A stretch of DNA of 20,323 nucleotides from Candidatus Thorarchaeota archaeon (lineage in GTDB: Archaea > Asgardarchaeota > Thorarchaeia > Thorarchaeales > Thorarchaeaceae): NCBI GenBank assembly GCA_003345555.1, contig PRDJ01000005.1, positions 1 through 20,323 on the forward strand. The letters are read 5' to 3'. Below are positions 8,042 through 13,469 of the stretch, one piece after another. The position numbers and the translations under genes are program-made. The notes below the pieces were generated by a model that saw nothing but the letters and a program-made list of their open reading frames with translations, was not told the origin of the DNA and did no database searches. Positions within the stretch are counted from its first letter, which is position 1. Every line of letters begins with the position of its first letter.

Positions 8042-9442
8042 ATGAAAGACTATGATATTATAGTCGTCGGTGCCGGCCCGGGCGGTTCGATTGCCGCCAT
8101 GGAAGCTGCCAGTCGCGGCTTGAAGACGGTGTTTTTTGAGAGAGGACGAAAGCCCGGAGAGAAGAACTCATCCGGTTGTGGACTTGGGCCAAGGATGTGG
8201 CAGGATTTTCGATTCATGACTGAACTGACGCCAGACTCCTGCCCGTCAATGAGGGCTGGAGCCGCATCTAGGAGTTACTTCGTAAATAAGCAAGGTGTCG
8301 TGGCTGGCTATGTTATGGCCCGACCAACAGAATCGGTGTCCTACGAACCAGCAAAGAGCTTCATAACAATGAATGTCTACAGGAGCGACTTCGACCCGTG
8401 GCTGGCCACATATGCGACGAATGCCGGTGCAGAACTAAAGACCTCCACGCTGGTAACGGGACTCATGCGGGAAGACGGCCGAGTAACTGGTGTCATTGAC
8501 GAACACGGTGAGAAGTATCGGGGTTTGGTTATAGGTGCTGATGGCGTTGTCTCCATGGTTGCCCGGGAATGCGGCCTTAGGAAGAGATGGGGACAAGACC
8601 ACGTCACACTCATACCGCAGTACGACTATGCAGTTGATCCCCGGAAGATTGACGATATCATGGGCGACGAAACACTCGCTGTCTGGTGGTCTGCACTGTT
8701 TCCAGCTGCGTATCATGTGTTCTTCCATGACGGGTTTCATATTGGTCTCGGCAATTGGATGACATGGTGGGACAAGAACCCGCTTTCTTACCTCAACCAG
8801 GTTGTCAATCTTGAATACTTCAAGAGGCTTGTCAGGATTCTTGACGCTCGCCCCCGGGAGTATCATGTTCACCTGCTCCCATGGCAAGGTACCCCGACAG
8901 ACACACATGCAGACAATGTCATTCTGGTGGGCGACGCTGCTGGCGTCCCATGTCCTCTTGAGGCTGAGGGTATCTATCCGGCTATGATGACCGGGAGAGC
9001 AGCAGCTGAAACCGCTGCAGAGGCTATATCGGCGGGCGACAGATCTAAGGAGTTCTTGGATCTTTACGATAGGAAATGGCAGCAGACAAGTGTCGGAGAA
9101 GAGTTCAAGACCGGTCCGGAACTGGCCCACATCTGGAGGGCCCTACCTTTCAGTCCCAAGGAGACAATGACATGGTTCGTTCCGATGATTATGGAGATTC
9201 TAGGCGGCATACTCGATTGGTCCCAGCCTCACGCCGTACGAGTCAGGCAGGTGATGAGACAGGTCAAGTCGTACCTGCCGCAGGCAGTCCCGTTTCTAGT
9301 GAAGGAGGTCATGCCGCTCTTGCAGGCTATATTGGGAGACAAGATGGAACTCCTCACGAGTCCTGAGAAACTGATGGCATCAATGCCTGAGCTTCAGGAA
9401 GCAGTGGCATCTGCATTTGAGGAGAAGGAGGGATCTTCTTGA
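8042..9442 (+). CDS. FAD-dependent oxidoreductase, FixC / geranylgeranyl-reductase family
   Basis: VVGAGPGG dinucleotide motif, ERGRKPGEKN, RSDFDPWLA, IGADG, and LVGDAAG-PLEAEGIYPAM. Confidence 0.88.
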   Translation: MKDYDIIVVGAGPGGSIAAMEAASRGLKTVFFERGRKPGEKNSSGCGLGPRMWQDFRFMTELTPDSCPSMRAGAASRSYFVNKQGVVAGYVMARPTESVSYEPAKSFITMNVYRSDFDPWLATYATNAGAELKTSTLVTGLMREDGRVTGVIDEHGEKYRGLVIGADGVVSMVARECGLRKRWGQDHVTLIPQYDYAVDPRKIDDIMGDETLAVWWSALFPAAYHVFFHDGFHIGLGNWMTWWDKNPLSYLNQVVNLEYFKRLVRILDARPREYHVHLLPWQGTPTDTHADNVILVGDAAGVPCPLEAEGIYPAMMTGRAAAETAAEAISAGDRSKEFLDLYDRKWQQTSVGEEFKTGPELAHIWRALPFSPKETMTWFVPMIMEILGGILDWSQPHAVRVRQVMRQVKSYLPQAVPFLVKEVMPLLQAILGDKMELLTSPEKLMASMPELQEAVASAFEEKEGSS

Positions 9443-9708
9443 AACCAGATATTGATGCGCTAGTGACGAGAATTCCAGGGTCCGTCGATTTCATTCAGCT
9501 TGACTCGGCAAAGTGCAATCAGTGTGGGCGATGCCTTGTTGTGTGCACTATGAATCTCTGGAGAAAGAGGGGCAACAAGGTATTTCTCGCCAATGATTAC
9601 AAGTCGAGATGTCTGGAGTGCGGGGCGTGCTATCAAGTATGCGAAGCAGACGCCATCGACTTTCACTATCCTTCAGGTGGAAAAGGCGTCGTGTATGAGC
9701 GTGGATAG
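9439..9708 (+). CDS. 2[4Fe-4S] ferredoxin (FixX-like), translationally coupled to the flavoprotein
   Basis: CNQCGRCLVVC and CLECGACYQVC (two CxxCxxCxxxC motifs) and a FixX-like C-terminus YPSGGKGVVYERG. The TTG start overlaps the upstream TGA (TTGA). Confidence 0.88.
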   Translation: MKPDIDALVTRIPGSVDFIQLDSAKCNQCGRCLVVCTMNLWRKRGNKVFLANDYKSRCLECGACYQVCEADAIDFHYPSGGKGVVYERG

Positions 9709-9710
9709 CC

Positions 9711-9838
9711 ATGACAGGATTGTAGCGACACTTATCAGCTTTCGACTAGAGTATTCGTGAACACGGTTTCGCGGTTCACGATGAGTGAGATTGCTTGAAT
9801 CTCCCTCGGTGTCAGTCTCATCCTCCAATCCTGATCAT
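9711..9838. repeat. 128-nt element closed by inverted repeats, with internal hairpins
   Basis: ATGACAGGATTG (9711-9722) pairs with CAATCCTG-A-TCAT (9826-9838; one bulge). Inside are TCGTGAAC/GTTCACGA (9755-9762/9774-9781) and GAGATT/AATCTC (9787-9792/9798-9803). Confidence 0.5.
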
Positions 9839-9942
9839 ACCATTTTCGAGATTCATCTTTTGAAGGTTTATTAGAGGGAGTGATAGGGGTCGGAACATTG
9901 TCATGATTTTCAATACTTTGGCAACTCCTCTGAGTGATACCC

Positions 9943-11472
9943 ATGATTAGGAAGAAGGGCTTTGACACTTCACGATATCTCTCTGCTCAGATAAAGCGGA
10001 TCATGGACCGGGTGAACAGATTCGATAAGCTCTACCTTGAGTTTGGAGGAAAGCTTAGATATGATCACCATGCATCAAGAGTTCTCCCCGGCTATGCCCT
10101 CGATACAAAGGTCCAGATGCTCAAGAAGCTGGGCAACGATATCGAGATCATTCACTGCATCAGTGCAAAGGACATTGAACGACGAAAAATACGGCGCGAT
10201 TTCGGTCTGACGTATGAAGACCAAATCCTCAAGGACATAAGCGATCTGAAGCAGTTGGAACTGGATGTGTCTGCTGTCATTATAAGCAGATACAGTGGAG
10301 AGCAGACATCTGATAAGTTCAGACAACGTCTTGCGAATAGAGGCATCAGGGTAATCACCAATTCTGAGATACCTGACTATCACACAGACCCTGACAAGGT
10401 GGTTAGTGACGAGGGTTACGGCAAACTGAACTATGTAGAAACTACTAAGAAGATCGTCATTATCACTGCACCGGGACCCGGAAGCGGAAAGATGAGCTTT
10501 GCTATGGGCCAGATCTATCACGACAGAAAGCTCGGCATAACGAGCAATCTTGCGAAGTTTGAGACTTTCCCAATATGGAACTTGTCTATGAACCATCCCG
10601 TGAACATTGCATACGAAGCCGCGACAGCTGATATCGGTGACTACAATTGCGTAGACCCCTTTCATAAGGCGGCCTATGGCATTGATGCGACAAACTACAA
10701 TAGAGACGTAGAGAACTTCTCAATAATAAAAAAGATCATTGAGAAGATTACTCCTGTCGGAGATCCACTGGCAGATATCAAGAGTCCTACAGACCTAGGG
10801 GTCAACATGGCCAAGGAGGGAATAGTCGACGACAGTGTCGTGCGACAGGCAAGTATTGACGAGATTGTTCGAAGGTATTACCAATACCACAGAGACTTCG
10901 TTGAGGGCAACGTCACACATGACACGCTTGAGCGCATGGACAGAATAATGCACCTTGTGAAAGCCAAGCCAGACCATCGTGTTGTGGCAATTCAGGCAAA
11001 CAAAGCCCTAGAAGAGAGCTCGAAGAAGCCGAAGATTAAAGCAACGGAGATGCATACAGGAGCCGCGATCGAGGTATATCCTACTGAAGACTCTCCTATC
11101 ATTCTCACTGGAAAGCGGTCAAGGATTCTAACTTCAGAATCTGCTGCGCTGCTTAACTCGGTGAAATACTTGGCAGGTATTCCAGATGAGATTGATGTTC
11201 TTTCGCCAATCATCATAGAGAGCATAATGAAACTCAAGGAACAGATGGGGGTAGTAGAGTGCAGCCTTGATGTTAAGGAAGTGCTCGATGCTCTTGCTGT
11301 AAGCGGGGTCTTCAATCCAAACGCCGCAGAGTGTATCAGGGTCTTGCCAGACCTTCGCGGATGTGATATGCATAGCACTCACCTTGTCGGACAAGGATGT
11401 GAGAGAGCTCTAAAAGAACTGGGCTTGATATTTACCACAGACGCAAGAATCCCGATAATTGACAGTTCGTAG
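9943..11472 (+). CDS. DUF1846 (UPF0371) family P-loop protein
   Basis: LYLEFGGKL, Walker A TAPGPGSGKMS, KFETFPIWN, HPVNIAYEAATAD, DPFH, NYNRDVE, SPTDLGVN. ATG 9943 is preferred; the ORF track uses GTG 9934. Confidence 0.9.
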   Translation: MIRKKGFDTSRYLSAQIKRIMDRVNRFDKLYLEFGGKLRYDHHASRVLPGYALDTKVQMLKKLGNDIEIIHCISAKDIERRKIRRDFGLTYEDQILKDISDLKQLELDVSAVIISRYSGEQTSDKFRQRLANRGIRVITNSEIPDYHTDPDKVVSDEGYGKLNYVETTKKIVIITAPGPGSGKMSFAMGQIYHDRKLGITSNLAKFETFPIWNLSMNHPVNIAYEAATADIGDYNCVDPFHKAAYGIDATNYNRDVENFSIIKKIIEKITPVGDPLADIKSPTDLGVNMAKEGIVDDSVVRQASIDEIVRRYYQYHRDFVEGNVTHDTLERMDRIMHLVKAKPDHRVVAIQANKALEESSKKPKIKATEMHTGAAIEVYPTEDSPIILTGKRSRILTSESAALLNSVKYLAGIPDEIDVLSPIIIESIMKLKEQMGVVECSLDVKEVLDALAVSGVFNPNAAECIRVLPDLRGCDMHSTHLVGQGCERALKELGLIFTTDARIPIIDSS

Positions 11473-11586
11473 TTACCCTTCATTGGTCAAGACTCAAACA
11501 AAGAAACGGAGATGCTGACGTCGCCAATCTCTGGGCTTCAGGTAAGAGTGGCCCATACGTCCGAGAAGAAGGAGGAAAGAACGTAA
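11473..11586 (+). pseudogene. Remnant of the 3' end of a FixC/GGR-like flavoprotein paralog
   Basis: Translates as LPFIGQDSNKETEMLTSPISGLQVRVAHTSEKKEERT*. This aligns, with internal deletions, to the C-terminus of 8042-9442 (VPFLVKE...DKMELLTSP...MPELQEAVASAFEEKEGSS*). It sits immediately before a ferredoxin remnant, as in the intact operon. Confidence 0.62.
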
Positions 11587-11715
11587 CCAAGACGTCGATG
11601 CCCTGGTGATGAGGGTTCCAAGGTCTGCTGATTTCATTAAGCCTTGTGCGAGGCCGATGCAATCGAGTTTCGCTATCCTTCCGGAGGAACAGGTATGGTC
11701 TGCGAATATGGGTAG
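11582..11715 (+). pseudogene. Ferredoxin (FixX-like) pseudogene: start codon lost, internal deletion of about 136 nt with frameshift
   Basis: 11585-11641 reads NQDVDALVMRVPRSADFIK versus KPDIDALVTRIPGSVDFIQ in the intact gene (11/19 identical). After a frameshift, 11647-11715 reads CEADAIEFRYPSGGTGMVCEYG* versus CEADAIDFHYPSGGKGVVYERG* (16/22 identical). Confidence 0.88.
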
Positions 11716-11732
11716 TTGAGCCATACTGACAG

Positions 11733-11877
11733 CCGTTCTCGCCATCTGCTCAGAAAAGGCTATTCTTTCTTTCCTATGGACTCGAGATTTGCCATGGATA
11801 GGACCAGGAATAGCGCAAATGGGCCTGATGCCAGAAAGACAATACTGTGTTGCCTCCAGATGGCATGAGTTGAACGG
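11733..11877. repeat. Long imperfect hairpin (about 145 nt)
   Basis: CCGTTC-TC-GCCATCTG (11733-11748) pairs with CAGATGGC-at-GA-gtt-GAACGG (11857-11877). Nested inside are GCTATTC/GAATAGC (11759-11765/11808-11814) and TCCTAT/ATAGGA (11772-11777/11798-11803). Confidence 0.5.
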
Positions 11878-11936
11878 AGGTTGATTCATATACTCCTGTG
11901 TAGTAATTATCAAGTGCCATCAGAGATGATATCAAA

Positions 11937-12146
11937 ATGGGAAAATGCATTGCTCTCTTGGGACTGCTCCTGATAATCGTCGGGTTTATCCCGATCATAC
12001 TGCCCTTGATTGGCTATCCAGCCTACGCCGCATACTTCTACCTTGGCTATTACACACTGCCACTTGCGGGTTACAACTTCTCGGAGCTCATGTTGGGCCT
12101 GATTGGACTGGGACTGATCCTTCTGATTGTGGGTGCAGTCAAGTAG
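11937..12146 (+). CDS. Small two-helix membrane protein, hypothetical
   Basis: 69 aa; two Leu/Ile/Gly-rich TM segments separated by a Tyr-rich loop (GYPAYAAYFYLGYYTLP). Confidence 0.72.
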   Translation: MGKCIALLGLLLIIVGFIPIILPLIGYPAYAAYFYLGYYTLPLAGYNFSELMLGLIGLGLILLIVGAVK

Positions 12147-12169
12147 AGTTCGTGTTAAGAGTCAATCCA

Positions 12170-12268
12170 AGATCTGTCATCGAGATGCTAGTACCAGACA
12201 TCACATGTCTGGTTCATGTAATCGATGACAGGTCTCAACCAAGTGGTTCGGCTATTCCCTGAACCACT
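12170..12268. repeat. Two tandem hairpins between convergent genes
   Basis: AGATCTGTCATCGA/TCGATGACAGGTCT (12170-12183/12222-12235; 14 bp, one G-U) encloses ACCAGACAT-cac-ATGTCTGGT (12193-12213; perfect 9 bp). It is followed by AGTGGTTC/GAACCACT (12242-12249/12261-12268). Confidence 0.7.
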
Positions 12269-12302
12269 CGTTCCTAGATTGCACGTCAAAAGATGCCTCG
12301 CG

Positions 12303-13178
12303 TCAGGCCTGCAAATCGGCAGTTGATGTAAACCGCCGGAAAGAGGCGCTTTTCCCGCATATGACAACAGTGGGCATCGCCTTTGTGTTCATTGCTAGGC
12401 CGTATCGGCCGGCTGAGTCGGCGACCACGACTCCAGCTTGGCTACCAGTCTTGGACTTGAGAAGATCTATTCCTCTACTTGCCGCAGCCTGAGGGTCTAG
12501 ACCGTCATCTACGTAGGACACGACCGTCTTGCACAGAAGTACACGGATTATGTGTTCACCCCACCCAGTGGCGGTTGCGCCACATGTATCATCCGCATAT
12601 GCACCAGCTCCGAAGATTGGGGAATCACCCACACGTCCTGCCATCTTGTCTGGTATGCCTCCGGTGGATGATGTTGCTGCGATGTGGGCATGCACATCTA
12701 CTGCAACGCAACCTACAGTGTCACCGCCCTGAGAATGAAACGGAGATGAGGTTACTCCGGGGCTCGTCTCTTTTCGATATCCCTCAGCGAGCATCCTTTC
12801 ATACAGCTTCTTTACACCTTCACCGGCGAACTGCGAGTGGGGGGTCTTTTCCATTGCGAACCTGGCCAGCGAAATGGGATGTCGGACTCCCGTGACTGCC
12901 ATTACAGATCCTGACTTCAGGTTGACACCGTCTACAATCATGGCATCCAGTTCCTGAACTCCGTCCAAATTCGATCGGGCACCGACACCGGCATTCAGCT
13001 TCCCGCATTCCTCCATGTGAAGAGTGCAGGCTTCGGCCGCGTCAAGGCAAGAGCCTCCATTCCTGAGGATCTGGAAACCGATGGTTGCCGCTTTTTCCAC
13101 CTCTGGCAGAGCAGCGGCAAGTTTGTCTTGCTTCCAGTCACCAGCGCCCCCGTGCACAATAATCATAGGAAGGTCCAA
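12303..13178 (-). CDS. iaaA: Isoaspartyl peptidase / L-asparaginase (Ntn-hydrolase, plant-type asparaginase family)
   Basis: IIVHGGAG, LNAGVG, ELDAMIVDG, autocleavage site GGD|TVG (Thr nucleophile), TSSTGG, GRVGDSP, GAGAYA, ATGWGE. Start placed at TTG 13178 (or ATG 13166) after a GAGGGA motif; the track's extension to 13313 is unlikely to be coding. Confidence 0.88.
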   Translation of the reverse strand: MDLPMIIVHGGAGDWKQDKLAAALPEVEKAATIGFQILRNGGSCLDAAEACTLHMEECGKLNAGVGARSNLDGVQELDAMIVDGVNLKSGSVMAVTGVRHPISLARFAMEKTPHSQFAGEGVKKLYERMLAEGYRKETSPGVTSSPFHSQGGDTVGCVAVDVHAHIAATSSTGGIPDKMAGRVGDSPIFGAGAYADDTCGATATGWGEHIIRVLLCKTVVSYVDDGLDPQAAASRGIDLLKSKTGSQAGVVVADSAGRYGLAMNTKAMPTVVICGKSASFRRFTSTADLQA

Positions 13179-13392
13179 TTCGCCGAGTCCCTCTAGTGGT
13201 TCGAAGCAGCAACCAACTACAAAGACATTGCTGTCTGTTTCTCGTTCACCTAGGTCAAGTGATGTGACTCGATTTCGGTTTTGACAAAAGCCGTCCAGGT
13301 GGCTGCCCGACACTTCTGAGACTTGGATGCACAGGGCTCAGCGGCCCTTTTCTATGGTCTTAGAATCACAATTCCGGGCTAGACGAGACCCT

Positions 13393-13431
13393 CATTTGCT
13401 TCCTCTGAAATAAGTGCAAATGTGTTTTTAT
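13393..13431 (+). promoter_or_regulatory. Inverted repeat CATTTGC-N16-GCAAATG next to a TATA-like TTTTTAT
   Basis: CATTTGC at 13393-13399, GCAAATG at 13416-13422, TTTTTAT at 13425-13431, upstream of the 13470 start. Confidence 0.42.
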
Positions 13432-13469
13432 CGTAACTGATAGAAGAATGCAGGTTGGTGTTTGTGCCG

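Noticed and set aside
7751-8045. Short + strand ORFs 7751-8035 and 7830-8045
   Set aside because: They span the divergent promoter (TATA, repeats, SD of the 8042 gene) and show no coding features.
11494-11913. 139-aa minus-strand ORF with a GGAG motif before ATG 11889
   Set aside because: It lies antisense to the ferredoxin/flavoprotein pseudogene and across a long hairpin, and resembles no family I know. The + strand relic explains the sequence better.
9711-12232. ATGACAGG at 9711-9718 and 12225-12232 as a target-site duplication or att core
   Set aside because: One 8-mer match between two intergenic regions of a few hundred nt is about what chance gives, and no integrase or transposase is present. 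Kept only as a shared hairpin motif.
9711-12268. Canonical integron attC sites
   Set aside because: The hairpins lack the RYYYAAC...GTTRRRY terminal boxes in the required orientation, and there is no intI gene.
13179-13313. 46-aa N-terminal extension of the asparaginase in the ORF track
   Set aside because: Family members begin a few residues before IIVHGGAG, and an SD-like GAGGGA precedes TTG 13178.
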